Of a stretch of 64,000 nt of DNA, positions 48,452 through 58,236 are shown piece after piece. The stretch covers positions 169,378 to 233,377 of IMG/VR virus record IMGVR_UViG_3300024239_000015; one strand, written 5' to 3'. The translations under genes were made by a program, and so were the position numbers. The notes beneath the pieces are model-generated. The model had not been told where the DNA came from and ran no database searches. It was given only the letters and a program-made list of their open reading frames with translations. Numbering within the stretch: position 1 is the stretch's first letter; every line of letters starts with the position of its first letter.

Positions 48452-49294
48452 TTATTTTGTTGGTGTTAAATGGTGAGTAACCAACCACTCGTTGAGCGTG
48501 GATACAACACCCCGGTGGTTGTTCTTACTACGCCAGTTGGTCACAACCCCATTGTACAAACCAGACGCTTCTGTAATGAACCCAAAGAGTTCAGGTAAGT
48601 ACACGCCAGGTTGAACGACAATAACGATAGGTCGACCTTCAGGGAATGTTCGGATGAAATCCACCAGTTGGTGTAAATCGTCGCAATGCTCTAACAACTC
48701 ACGTGAAAGTACAGAATTCGCCCCTGAAGAATCCAGCTTACTTTTTAACTCTTCAGGCGTCACGTTACAGTCTTTATGAACACAAAGCAACGCCCACTTT
48801 GTTTTCCCTTGCATGAGTTTCGCATAACTGCTCAGCAGCTTAACGCGATTCATCGGCTGTTTGTACGTGAGCACATCCAACGTCGTTTCTTTCTCAACCA
48901 GTATAGGCTCAAACTCCCACCCGTGTTCTTCTAACCACTTCCATTGTTCAGCGTTGATCTCTAAGTCCAACGAGAAAGGGAAGCTCCAGAATGGATGGTT
49001 TTCCTTACGCATCCTTGTATGAAAACGGGGACGACCTTTATAACCGTTGTGTGAGAGTAACCGCTTCACCGCAGGCACCGCCAGACGGTACGAGAAAGTT
49101 TCTTTGAAACGAACCGACTGTTCTAGCAAGTACTCGTCTGGTTTTACGACACCTGCCGTGTAGTGAACCAGAATTAACTGACGAACCGTCTCTTTGTGTT
49201 CCCCTCCCTTACTTTTCAGTAGAGTGAGTTGTCTTTCTACTTCAGGGCGTATCAAGGCGCAGCGTAGAGAGTCGATTGGTTTTACTTGAGGCAT
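48452..49294 (-). CDS. Hypothetical protein
   Basis: GGGAG RBS, 280 aa. Confidence 0.65.
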   Translation of the reverse strand: MPQVKPIDSLRCALIRPEVERQLTLLKSKGGEHKETVRQLILVHYTAGVVKPDEYLLEQSVRFKETFSYRLAVPAVKRLLSHNGYKGRPRFHTRMRKENHPFWSFPFSLDLEINAEQWKWLEEHGWEFEPILVEKETTLDVLTYKQPMNRVKLLSSYAKLMQGKTKWALLCVHKDCNVTPEELKSKLDSSGANSVLSRELLEHCDDLHQLVDFIRTFPEGRPIVIVVQPGVYLPELFGFITEASGLYNGVVTNWRSKNNHRGVVSTLNEWLVTHHLTPTK

Positions 49295-49342
49295 GTTGTA
49301 ACTCCCATAACAAAAATAAAAGAAAGCGTAGGGAGAAAACCC

Positions 49343-49936
49343 CTACGCGTGACAGACCACAGGAGTCGGCTCGCTGTAAGCGCAGCGTAACTCCACCGAT
49401 AATTTCCCGTGAGTGACCCACTTGGATCTCTCCATGTACTCCACCGGCTGTCGGTTTGAGGCTTTCTGATAATACATCCCAACCTGATGTAAACAACGAC
49501 AAAGCTTTACGGTCGTTTCATGAATGTCGTAGTAATGTCGTGTTACTTTCTGGTGGTCTCTTAACGCACAGGTCACGGCGTGTTCGATGGTCGTACTGTT
49601 AAACGACGCCGTGCGTGAGTAAAACGTATAGAAGCAAGCACCAGCGTAATAGAACCTGAACTCGAAAAGTTCTGATCTCAAAGGGTGACCCAACCACTCG
49701 TGGGTGAGCGTTTTATCGCCCCACGGAACGACAATCTTCCGTTGGTCAGCTGAAACAACCAGTGACTGTGAGTTTTCTACAGCAGGGAGGTCCTTCGCTA
49801 GTTGTAGAAACCGCACCATCTGTTCCACTTCGTGCGGGAACTTACTGGTGCGTGTATAAATTTCACGCGTTTGTTTGTATAAGGTAGACGTTCCCACTAA
49901 GGTAAGCCTACTGTAGGTAAATTCTTTTGAGTACAT
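49343..49936 (-). CDS. Hypothetical protein
   Basis: AAGGA RBS. Confidence 0.6.
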   Translation of the reverse strand: MYSKEFTYSRLTLVGTSTLYKQTREIYTRTSKFPHEVEQMVRFLQLAKDLPAVENSQSLVVSADQRKIVVPWGDKTLTHEWLGHPLRSELFEFRFYYAGACFYTFYSRTASFNSTTIEHAVTCALRDHQKVTRHYYDIHETTVKLCRCLHQVGMYYQKASNRQPVEYMERSKWVTHGKLSVELRCAYSEPTPVVCHA

Positions 49937-50093
49937 TTTTAGAATCCTTCTAATTGATCAGATGTACGTTTAAACGTACGTAAACCCATTCCTGAGACGT
50001 TTTAAGGGTGGTGGGTATAAACCACTAAGGAATTGAAGAAAAACGTCCTATAACGCATTACAGAGCGTTTTGTGAGGGGTGGTAATTTACAGG

Positions 50094-50124
50094 CATAGAG
50101 GGAGCACGAAGCTCCCTCTCTATG
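50094..50124. terminator. Hairpin terminator
   Basis: CATAGAGGGAGC-ACGAA-GCTCCCTCTCTATG. Confidence 0.7.
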
Positions 50125-50129
50125 TCGTA

Positions 50130-50540
50130 TCAGTCAGGTAGTCTTTCTAACACCACGCTTACTGTAGATGCACCGCAATTGTTCACTAACACCACCGAAC
50201 TGTTAGGGTAGTCTTTGCGGATGTCTTCTTTAGCGCGACCCACGTAGATCTCGATGTGATATCTTTGTGTGTCGTACTTCAGACAGACTAATGACTTGTC
50301 GGTGGAATCTAACACCGAGGTGTCCATAGAACGCAACAACCCTTCCAGCTCCGATTCTGACACGCCCTGCACGCCCAGCTGCGCGGCTAAGGAGCGTTTG
50401 TTGGTCGACGTATCCCAGTGCTTGAGAATCGCTTCCATTTTCGCTGACGTCAGTTCCAGACCGTAATGAAACTCCATCGTACCGTAATACTGAACAGTTT
50501 CGTTCCACGGATGGTAAACCACGACTAATTTCTTATTCAT
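50130..50540 (-). CDS. Hypothetical protein
   Basis: AAGGAG RBS. Confidence 0.65.
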   Translation of the reverse strand: MNKKLVVVYHPWNETVQYYGTMEFHYGLELTSAKMEAILKHWDTSTNKRSLAAQLGVQGVSESELEGLLRSMDTSVLDSTDKSLVCLKYDTQRYHIEIYVGRAKEDIRKDYPNSSVVLVNNCGASTVSVVLERLPD

Positions 50541-50545
50541 TTACT

Positions 50546-51211
50546 TTACTCCTTAGTGTGATCGCGTTTAAACGAGTTCTCAGTCCAAGGTATAGGACGT
50601 AACGTCTGTAACATCACGTGAGAATCGTCTAAACTACGTAAGACGTTTTCGACGATTTGTAACATGGGTTTATCCATACGTACTTCCACAAGGGGTTCGG
50701 AAATTGGACACCGCTCCCCTTTATGCCGTAGTAGTTGAATGTAGTACTCCACAACGACACCGTTTGTGTTTAAATACAATTCCAAAGCTCGGAAGAACTT
50801 TTCGATGAAATCTGACGCATCACCTAAATACTCAGCACGGAAACTACAAACGTGTTGGTATGTTTGTAAGTGAGTTTCGAGCTTATCTGGAACAGTCGTA
50901 GGTGGTTTGTATTCACCGGCGGATTCGTTATTCACTTCCCAGTAGAAAACCTCCCAATACCCATTTAAAGAGTAGCCCATCTTCCTGTAAAGCTCGCGCC
51001 ATACTTCTGAGTTTTTATTCAATCCGTTTTTATAAAACTGATGTACAATTTCATTCAAACCGATAGCTTCGTATAACTCACAAATGAACGGATCGGCCTG
51101 CCAACGCAACACACCATCTACCAATACAATCGGGTGGTTGTGGTGTGTTTCCGTCTTTAACATTTCTTGGTAGTCTTGTGGGACTAAGTCCCGTTGTACT
51201 ATGGTGGTCAT
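50546..51211 (-). CDS. Hypothetical protein
   Basis: GGGAG RBS; 'ELYRKMGYSLNGYWEVF'. Confidence 0.65.
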   Translation of the reverse strand: MTTIVQRDLVPQDYQEMLKTETHHNHPIVLVDGVLRWQADPFICELYEAIGLNEIVHQFYKNGLNKNSEVWRELYRKMGYSLNGYWEVFYWEVNNESAGEYKPPTTVPDKLETHLQTYQHVCSFRAEYLGDASDFIEKFFRALELYLNTNGVVVEYYIQLLRHKGERCPISEPLVEVRMDKPMLQIVENVLRSLDDSHVMLQTLRPIPWTENSFKRDHTKE

Positions 51212-51216
51212 TTACT

Positions 51217-51924
51217 TTACTCCCAATCTTCGGGCGTTATAGCCCACATTTTGTTTTTAGGACGTTTCTGCGCCCACGTCGCATAACTGACTTTCAGCGT
51301 TACTGCTACAGGAGGGTTGTCTAAGTCAAGTGGTGTTTTTGCAATCACCGTAACGTCAGACATCCTTACTCCCGTGTCCGTTGCTATTTTCAGCATACGC
51401 GCAACACCGTTGATCAGCGTGTAGGGTTTGTGCCCTAACTCCTTTAACACATCCCCTAACGTACCACCTGCTGTCGATGGGTTACTCATAGCAGCTTGTA
51501 TACTGACGTCATCTAAACGTGCTAGGTAAATCCGATCGGACGTATGGTGTTCGTACTGAAACACCAAAGCGATGGTCGGTATTGGTGTTTCGAGATCTTC
51601 CATCAATACGTCTAAATAAGAAATGCACGAAGGAATATCTCCATGTACCACTTTCGACTCACCGATGTTCTCTACGGGGTCGATTAGAATGACTCGATCA
51701 CTTACAGCAATCAAGTCTTCTAACCCTTCCGTTGTATCCCGCCAACAGTAGCCCACTACCGCCTCCAGAGTTTCAGGAACAGGCTGAAGGTACTCTTGTT
51801 TGAACCGCGCGAGGACGTCTCCCGTCCTTGAGAACTGCAGTCGTTGTACCGGACGATTCTCTGTAGGGCGGAGTAAGTCTAAACGACCTACGAACCCTAC
51901 GTTTCCAACAATTAAAATTTTCAT
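51217..51924 (-). CDS. Hypothetical protein with Rossmann-like N-terminus
   Basis: MKILIVGNVGFVG. Confidence 0.6.
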   Translation of the reverse strand: MKILIVGNVGFVGRLDLLRPTENRPVQRLQFSRTGDVLARFKQEYLQPVPETLEAVVGYCWRDTTEGLEDLIAVSDRVILIDPVENIGESKVVHGDIPSCISYLDVLMEDLETPIPTIALVFQYEHHTSDRIYLARLDDVSIQAAMSNPSTAGGTLGDVLKELGHKPYTLINGVARMLKIATDTGVRMSDVTVIAKTPLDLDNPPVAVTLKVSYATWAQKRPKNKMWAITPEDWE

Positions 51925-52850
51925 CAGTAAATCTCCCCGTAGTGTTGTTTATCTACTACCGTACCAACGTCCAGTTGCTGTTTCGAAAGCAGAAAACCTA
52001 AACCGCTCGCGTGGTTTAATAGTTGTCCTTTTTCAGCAAACGACACCGTGGGGCGATTAGGATGTTTTGTGTTGCTGTACAACGCAGCTGCTAGATACCC
52101 TAATCGTTCTCCCACATCCATGACACATTCGGTGTGTTCTAATGTTGAGGGGTATTCAATCGCAGCCAGGATCGCTTCCCCATCTTTTTGTAAGAAAAGA
52201 GGGTTGTGCTTTAGTGTCAGTAACTCAGTAGGGTTGTTTAGATGAACAACATATCTCACCTGTAAATCCCGTAAAACGTGTACGTAAACCCCCTGGTCTT
52301 CTTCTGAATACCAAGGCGCTGCTTTCAAAGTGATTTCCAACTCCCGATCAAACGAGTACAACAATACATGTCCTTCGTTTAAACGCACTGCGGCTTCACT
52401 TAACCACTTCTGAAACGCATCGATGTTACCTAACTCACCGTCCGGTAGTTCCGACAGCCAACTCCCCACAGCTTCCGCGTCTAACTGATTTAGATCAACG
52501 TGACGGATGTCTAGCGGGTTTTTACCAAACCACGCAACGGAGAGTTCTACCCAAAAAGGTTGGGTGGTATCCACCACTGGTTTCTTTTCAGGTACGACCG
52601 TAGGCACTAACATCCGCCACTGAGTAGCCAATTCAGGAAACTCCACCAGCTCTTCAGCACCCATTTCGTATACAGTACCATCATAACTACTAAATATGAT
52701 TGTTTTGGTAGCCTCATCTACTACATCGACCCGCAGCAACGCATCTTCGTTTAAATCGAACGCAAAGAAGGTCTGGTTGTTTTTCAGAGTATCGGGTATT
52801 ACTAAACCGAACGACGCTTTAGCAAGCGCTAAGATTTCTTCAATAGCCAT
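51924..52850 (-). CDS. Hypothetical protein sharing a domain with 52870..53472
   Basis: 'PFWVELSVA..P.D...DLN......W....N...FQKW'. Confidence 0.65.
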   Translation of the reverse strand: MAIEEILALAKASFGLVIPDTLKNNQTFFAFDLNEDALLRVDVVDEATKTIIFSSYDGTVYEMGAEELVEFPELATQWRMLVPTVVPEKKPVVDTTQPFWVELSVAWFGKNPLDIRHVDLNQLDAEAVGSWLSELPDGELGNIDAFQKWLSEAAVRLNEGHVLLYSFDRELEITLKAAPWYSEEDQGVYVHVLRDLQVRYVVHLNNPTELLTLKHNPLFLQKDGEAILAAIEYPSTLEHTECVMDVGERLGYLAAALYSNTKHPNRPTVSFAEKGQLLNHASGLGFLLSKQQLDVGTVVDKQHYGEIY

Positions 52851-52869
52851 CTTTCATTAATCCTCTTTG

Positions 52870-53472
52870 TTAACTAACCGGATGGTTAATTGTACCAAAA
52901 CCGACAGGTCTGACTTGTATCTGCGGTTGAGCAGCACCAAAAGAATATACACACCCAGAGTTTTTCCCCATATCAGAACGCACCAGGTTAATCCATTTCT
53001 GGAACAATTCAGCATTGTAGTTCCTTTCTGGTAGATACTTCCGCAACCAAAGAACGAGTTCCGTCAAATCTGGAGCGTTTAAGTCGTAACTACACACATC
53101 GGTAGGCGACTCACCGGCTTGCGCTATCGAAAATGTCACCCATAAAGGTTTTTTGGCGTTAGTCAGATCGTATTTCAGGTCCATACGCGCCACGTAGTCC
53201 GCGGCTATGATACCGCACCAGAGACGTAAGTTACCCACCCTTTCACCAGACGGTATTTCAGCTTGGTTTATCACATACTCGATGTGTTCGTGAGCGAGTA
53301 CTGGCGTGATACCCGCAGGAAACGAAGGGTCGAGTGTCACACGTAGTGTGGCGGAATTACCGTAATCGACGATCACACGTCCGGTAGCGCATAACGCTTC
53401 CTCCATCATTGTTACGAGGTGTTGGTTTCGAATGTCTGCAATAACTCGATACATCGGTTTGTTGATCGGCAT
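52870..53472 (-). CDS. Hypothetical protein sharing a domain with 51924..52850
   Basis: 'PLWVTFSIA..SPTDV..YDLN...WL...NAELFQKW'. Confidence 0.65.
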   Translation of the reverse strand: MPINKPMYRVIADIRNQHLVTMMEEALCATGRVIVDYGNSATLRVTLDPSFPAGITPVLAHEHIEYVINQAEIPSGERVGNLRLWCGIIAADYVARMDLKYDLTNAKKPLWVTFSIAQAGESPTDVCSYDLNAPDLTELVLWLRKYLPERNYNAELFQKWINLVRSDMGKNSGCVYSFGAAQPQIQVRPVGFGTINHPVS

Positions 53473-53483
53473 TTTAAAACTCC

Positions 53484-54215
53484 TTATTTGATTCGATACG
53501 CTGGACCTAAGTCCGCTCTGGGGGTGTAATCGATTTGCGGTTGTCCCGCCGCAATTAGTTCCCCCGGCCGTGTTATATCCACTTCGTCGACGTTGACGTA
53601 CGTCTGCGCTAACACCCCGAAGATTTCATCGTTGGACAAATTACCGTAGTTGAAGAAATACAGCGACTCTTCGTCCGAGTCTACACTACGCTTGAACGCT
53701 AACTGCCGTCCTCTCAAAAACATCACGTAACCAGCACAGACCAGCTTACGGTATTCGCTTAACGATTCCGAGTCTGGTACGTGTCCACGTGTATTTAAAA
53801 ACTCGCAAATGTCATCAAACTGCTTTAAGCGTTGTTTGGTGTGTTCGCTAAAGTTTTCTTCGGAGATAACAGCGGTTTCAACCGTTGGCGTCGGCCTGAC
53901 GTAATACGGGTTGTATTGACAATCAAAGTAATCTTTCAACCACTGCAGTCCCTCACGGACTAAAGCTTCGTCGGGTTTTTCGTCTGGGTGTATAAAACAA
54001 ACACTTACGCATGTGGGTGTTGTGACGAGGGGTAAAATACAAACATCACCTTTACGTACCATAAACTTCACACGGAAAGGATCGGATAGCCCTTCCGTCC
54101 CTTCTGCGATAAAACGGTATTCCCAAAAGAGGTCTTTCGTAATTAGTAAGTCCGCTAAAACCTCTGGGACAGTAGCGATTATGGCGTAGGCCATTCCTTT
54201 CTTTAAATTTGACAT
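53484..54215 (-). CDS. Hypothetical protein
   Basis: GGAG RBS. Confidence 0.65.
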   Translation of the reverse strand: MSNLKKGMAYAIIATVPEVLADLLITKDLFWEYRFIAEGTEGLSDPFRVKFMVRKGDVCILPLVTTPTCVSVCFIHPDEKPDEALVREGLQWLKDYFDCQYNPYYVRPTPTVETAVISEENFSEHTKQRLKQFDDICEFLNTRGHVPDSESLSEYRKLVCAGYVMFLRGRQLAFKRSVDSDEESLYFFNYGNLSNDEIFGVLAQTYVNVDEVDITRPGELIAAGQPQIDYTPRADLGPAYRIK

Positions 54216-54221
54216 GGTGTA

Positions 54222-54536
54222 TTACTCCACGAAAAGTTCAGGACGTAGCTTTTTCAGCTCGTTTAATAAAGTAGTTACCACCACTGGGTTTACTGAGGCA
54301 ATGTATTCCGCATCTTCTAATCGAAGATCGTAAGCGACATCGACGGATTCATTATTGGTTAGATATACATTCCCGCTAAAAACGTCTGGCTCCCACGGCC
54401 CTTCAGTCGTTTCTGCTGACAAAGCGTTTTGTATTCTACGGATGTTTTGCCTTAACTCAGCGGTCTGTGTATCCGTTTCACGAAAATCTGACTGAGGTAC
54501 TTCAGTTGCAGTTTTAGCCATCGTTAATGACTCCAT
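54222..54536 (-). CDS. Ead/Ea22-like family protein
   Basis: 'TTEGPWE...DAEYIASVNPVVVTTLLNEL'. Confidence 0.6.
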   Translation of the reverse strand: MESLTMAKTATEVPQSDFRETDTQTAELRQNIRRIQNALSAETTEGPWEPDVFSGNVYLTNNESVDVAYDLRLEDAEYIASVNPVVVTTLLNELKKLRPELFVE

Positions 54537-54582
54537 TAAAAAGAAACAAAAAGAAAAGGGAGCCGAAGCTCCCTGTGTTTTC

Positions 54583-55056
54583 TTAAGCTTGGTAACCAGC
54601 GATGGATACGCACAGCGTGTAACCGTACTTCACCGCATCGTGTCCGACGTTTGGACGGTAACTAAAACCCGTGTAATCCGCGCCTTCTTCGATCAGCGTG
54701 ATTAACTGATCGATCCCCGTCGACAGATACGGTTGATACAGTTTCACCAACTGCTGTAAGCGATCAAACGAGCCAGGGATTAAACTGTTCGCTGTCTCAG
54801 TCAACTGAGCGTCTAAGTCACTAAACGCTTTGTTCAGCGTTTCCTGCGGGTTATGTAGGTACGCTTTCTGATCTACGTCCACAGTGAATTGTAAAGCGCT
54901 GTGGGTAGAAACCGGTTTTAACGTGAACAACAAGGAAATAGTGTTAGTCATAGTAGACTCCTGATTAAAAACTGAACGCTTGGAATGGGTTAAAGCTGCG
55001 ATGATCGGAAGTTCTCCGCGACGGAAACCTCCTACCGGAATAATAACGTCTTTCAT
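54583..55056 (-). CDS. Hypothetical protein
   Basis: Coupled start; internal RBS/ATG at MTNTIS. Confidence 0.6.
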   Translation of the reverse strand: MKDVIIPVGGFRRGELPIIAALTHSKRSVFNQESTMTNTISLLFTLKPVSTHSALQFTVDVDQKAYLHNPQETLNKAFSDLDAQLTETANSLIPGSFDRLQQLVKLYQPYLSTGIDQLITLIEEGADYTGFSYRPNVGHDAVKYGYTLCVSIAGYQA

Positions 55057-55394
55057 GCAACCACCTCGACTGTGTGACGTGCAACAAACTCCTTAGCCGT
55101 AAGGATCTCTCCTTTGCTAAGACCGACTGCGGTTTTCTCCATCGCGAAAACTAAAGCTCCAGAGAAACCCCCTACCGATACAGAGCAGTACGAGTCGGCT
55201 TCCATACGAGACATTGGTTTGATGTTCTCCGGTGTGTTGACGAGGATCACGTGCGTGCCGTATCCCTCAGACCACTTTAACTTTAAACCATCGTTAACTT
55301 GAGAGACCTTAAAACCAGCGTCCTCTAAAAGCTCACGTAATGCACTGTGTTGCGCTAACGTAAGGTCTGGGTGTGTAACTATCACTTTTAACAT
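55053..55394 (-). CDS. Hypothetical protein
   Basis: AAGGA RBS. Confidence 0.65.
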   Translation of the reverse strand: MLKVIVTHPDLTLAQHSALRELLEDAGFKVSQVNDGLKLKWSEGYGTHVILVNTPENIKPMSRMEADSYCSVSVGGFSGALVFAMEKTAVGLSKGEILTAKEFVARHTVEVVA

Positions 55395-55423
55395 TTCTAA
55401 TTTCCTTGCGATCGTGAGAACGT

Positions 55424-55825
55424 TTAAACGGGGGTGACAGGCCAGTACAGCGGAGTACCGTCGCCTGAGGTAAATACAAAACAGTACACCGACATACCGT
55501 CAAAATCAACGACGTCGGTCGTCCACTCACAGCGCTCTGCGTTTAATGCGTTTTCTAAGTACGGAGTACCTTTTAACGCATCGTCCGCTAACAACCATGC
55601 CATCTGTAATTGCTTCACAGTAACTACTGTTGTCTCCGTACCTTCCGGTGGGTTAGTAGGTAGTAAAACTAAGTAAACGTCGTCTGCTTGAGCGAACGTC
55701 GTTTCGCGAAGTACGTAACGCGAGCGTTTACGGAAACGCAGACCAGCGGTCGTGTGTTTCACGTAAACAGCCATTGTGTTCAGTAACTCCACTAGACGTA
55801 CGTATGAACCGTCTTTGGAATCCAT
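55424..55825 (-). CDS. Hypothetical early protein
   Basis: Start at MDSKDG after TAAGGAG. Confidence 0.65.
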   Translation of the reverse strand: MDSKDGSYVRLVELLNTMAVYVKHTTAGLRFRKRSRYVLRETTFAQADDVYLVLLPTNPPEGTETTVVTVKQLQMAWLLADDALKGTPYLENALNAERCEWTTDVVDFDGMSVYCFVFTSGDGTPLYWPVTPV

Positions 55826-55885
55826 GGATATACTCCTTAAGCTTTTAAAGCTTTCAAATCGTTTCGCAATTGTGATATTGGGTTC

Positions 55886-55912
55886 GTGAATAGGTAGTGG
55901 TACCTCATTCAC
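55886..55912 (-). promoter_or_regulatory. Conserved 5'-leader hairpin, copy 2
   Basis: GTGAATGAGGTACCACTACCTATTCAC. Confidence 0.65.
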
Positions 55913-55916
55913 TTCC

Positions 55917-55947
55917 ATATTAAAGACCTATAAAAGTTTCGAAACGG
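55917..55947 (-). promoter_or_regulatory. Putative early promoter, copy 6
   Basis: CCGTTTCGAAACTTTTATAGGTCTTTAATAT. Confidence 0.7.
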
Positions 55948-55959
55948 GTTTTTTTACAG

Positions 55960-55992
55960 CATAGAGGGAGGGTTTGTACCCTCCCTCGTATG
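55960..55992. terminator. Hairpin terminator after the RNAP subunit gene
   Basis: CATAGAGGGAGGGT-TTGT-ACCCTCCCTCGTATG. Confidence 0.7.
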
Positions 55993-55996
55993 ACGT

Positions 55997-57307
55997 TTAC
56001 GTAAGCTCTACACTTAAGTCAAACTCTACAGCGGACAGTGCTTTACCGTGCATCTTTTTCATCTGCAATAGCATCAGCTGGTTGCCGACTTGAGTTTCTG
56101 CAATGCTCACCGCAGTTTCTCTTCCCCGGATAAACTCACCCATGCAATAGATACAGTAGTCTGGAGCTTTGGCTTTGCATGTTTGTGTGCTACGCACCAT
56201 TGCTCGTTTTCCTACTAGCTCTCCTACCGAGACTTTATCCAAAAGACGAGACTTCCCACCAGAGACGATCAAGTACTTCCCAGCAAACTCATTCTTGTTC
56301 TCAGGAGTGAACACTACCCACTCTCCAAGCTGAGTCCCACAGTCTTCCAGTTTCACTTGTAAGTTACTGGTCATCCGTAAGGTGTCTTTCGCTACCGTAC
56401 CCCCCAATGCCGTCATCGCACCCCGAGAGTGTGACGCGTCCCGCATGGAGTTGATCATCGGTGGAAGCTTTTTGATGTCATACCCTTCACTTAACGACCG
56501 TGGAATGACTTGTATCCCACCGTCTCCGTTGAAGTTGTATTCCATCCCGTACATGTAGTACATCTTTGCACGGGTAACATCAAAGTCTTTTGCACTACGG
56601 ATAAACCCACCATCTGGGTCTTCTGCAATCCACTGACGGTCTAAGTCAGACAACTGTTTTGCGATGTTCGCTAACACCACAGGGTCATGTAACTCGTCCT
56701 TGTGTTTCTCCAGCAACTCATCCCGTAGTCTGCGACCATCAGGATGCGGTAGGAAACTACGACGCGTGCCACTGGGTGCAAAGAGTTGTGCAAACCCTTC
56801 CATGTGGAGCGAGCCTTCTAAGTACTTCTCCAGCATCCCCGTGTCGATCTGGTCGTCTGCTGGATTACTCTCCACGTACTTCGACACTAGGTACTGTTCC
56901 AATTTTGGAATGTCTACCCGACCTACCTGAAACGGTACCCTACCCCCAAACGCGTACAGTAACGCAAAGGCATTGTACAAGCCATTGCCATACGTCGTCA
57001 CAAGCTCAGTCGTGACGTTTGCGAAGTCCCCTGCAGAGAACACCACTTCCTCTAACCGTAAGTACAAAGGCTCATTCAGAGGAGGACCTACCAACAGCGT
57101 CTCCTCTCCTGTCTCTGGGTCCACGAAGTAACGCTCTTTTCCATCTTTGCTGTACAACTGATAGGGCCAGTGTTGCTCAGGGTGTAACGGGTCGTCCTGT
57201 GTAGGACTCTCACGCAGTTCAGGGATTCCAAACGCGTCAATCACCCAGTTCGTCCAGCGATACGCACCAGCGTTAATCGCTTTGATAAAATACGTACGTT
57301 TATCCAC
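55997..57307 (-). CDS. Virion RNA polymerase beta' subunit, C-terminal part (phiKZ gp80-like)
   Basis: 'SLSEG', bridge-helix-like 'SRGAMTALGG', 'EDCGT', 'VRSTQTC..YCIYCMG' zinc site, trigger-loop-like 'LQMKKMHG'. Confidence 0.85.
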   Translation of the reverse strand: MDKRTYFIKAINAGAYRWTNWVIDAFGIPELRESPTQDDPLHPEQHWPYQLYSKDGKERYFVDPETGEETLLVGPPLNEPLYLRLEEVVFSAGDFANVTTELVTTYGNGLYNAFALLYAFGGRVPFQVGRVDIPKLEQYLVSKYVESNPADDQIDTGMLEKYLEGSLHMEGFAQLFAPSGTRRSFLPHPDGRRLRDELLEKHKDELHDPVVLANIAKQLSDLDRQWIAEDPDGGFIRSAKDFDVTRAKMYYMYGMEYNFNGDGGIQVIPRSLSEGYDIKKLPPMINSMRDASHSRGAMTALGGTVAKDTLRMTSNLQVKLEDCGTQLGEWVVFTPENKNEFAGKYLIVSGGKSRLLDKVSVGELVGKRAMVRSTQTCKAKAPDYCIYCMGEFIRGRETAVSIAETQVGNQLMLLQMKKMHGKALSAVEFDLSVELT

Positions 57308-57310
57308 GAG

Positions 57311-58132
57311 TTACTCCTGTGCTTGACTGTAACGTACCACGGTACGATACACAAGGTTTAAACGGTTTGCATCCGTGTAGTAGTTTTGCAAGTACTGCTT
57401 CACCGTCAGAGGAATCTGCTCTTTCTCTAAACACGCTAACGCCCCTAAACCAAACCATAACGCCCCTTGCTCTTGTGGGCTACCCGTTTGTCCTAACAAC
57501 GACTCAAACGTCGTTAAATACGCTTGGAAAGGATACCCTATCACACCCCCTCTCTGTACGTAATGTCGCAGTGGGTGCTGTTCTGGAAGCTCTGCTAAGA
57601 ACGCTTTTGCAAACCCACTCAGCTCTGCTTGTACTGAAACTTCTTCTACAGACAGTAAACGCTCTTGTAGTCTAGACTCTAACGCATGGAAGTACGCAGG
57701 GTTCGTGTACGTGAACAACTCCAGTAAACGATCTTCTGTGCTGTAGTATGTTCCTGCAACCGCTAAGAGTTTATCCTCCACAGATTCTGCAGCACGTAAA
57801 CGATCCAGTAGCTCTCCAGGCATCGCGTGCTCTTCTATACGACTGATCGTGTCTACGAAGTCCCCTAGCACATTTAAGTCTTGTTTTTCAATGTCGTCCA
57901 CGACAATAAACTCGTACTGCTGTAGTGCGTACGCAATACAGTCTGCTAAGCCTTGCTCCAGTAAAAACAACAAGTGGTACGTAGGCTCTGCGTTGAGCTT
58001 ACTGGTGATGTTCTCCAGTACTCCCTCTATCCCTTTGGGTTGTACGGTCTGTAACGTCAAGATTAATTCGTAGGTCTTCCCGTAGCGTTCTGGTGATACA
58101 ACACTACTGAGCCACGTTTGAAATAAGTCCAT
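57311..58132 (-). CDS. Conserved/virion protein (phiKZ gp79-like position)
   Basis: 273 aa, synteny. Confidence 0.6.
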   Translation of the reverse strand: MDLFQTWLSSVVSPERYGKTYELILTLQTVQPKGIEGVLENITSKLNAEPTYHLLFLLEQGLADCIAYALQQYEFIVVDDIEKQDLNVLGDFVDTISRIEEHAMPGELLDRLRAAESVEDKLLAVAGTYYSTEDRLLELFTYTNPAYFHALESRLQERLLSVEEVSVQAELSGFAKAFLAELPEQHPLRHYVQRGGVIGYPFQAYLTTFESLLGQTGSPQEQGALWFGLGALACLEKEQIPLTVKQYLQNYYTDANRLNLVYRTVVRYSQAQE

Positions 58133-58236
58133 ACTCCACCCTTTTCTTGGTTTCTTTTTACTGAGGTTCTTTTTATATATGATGGTTGTGCAGACCTCCC
58201 TAAAGACTTCTCATTATTCTCCTAAAGGAATTAAAC

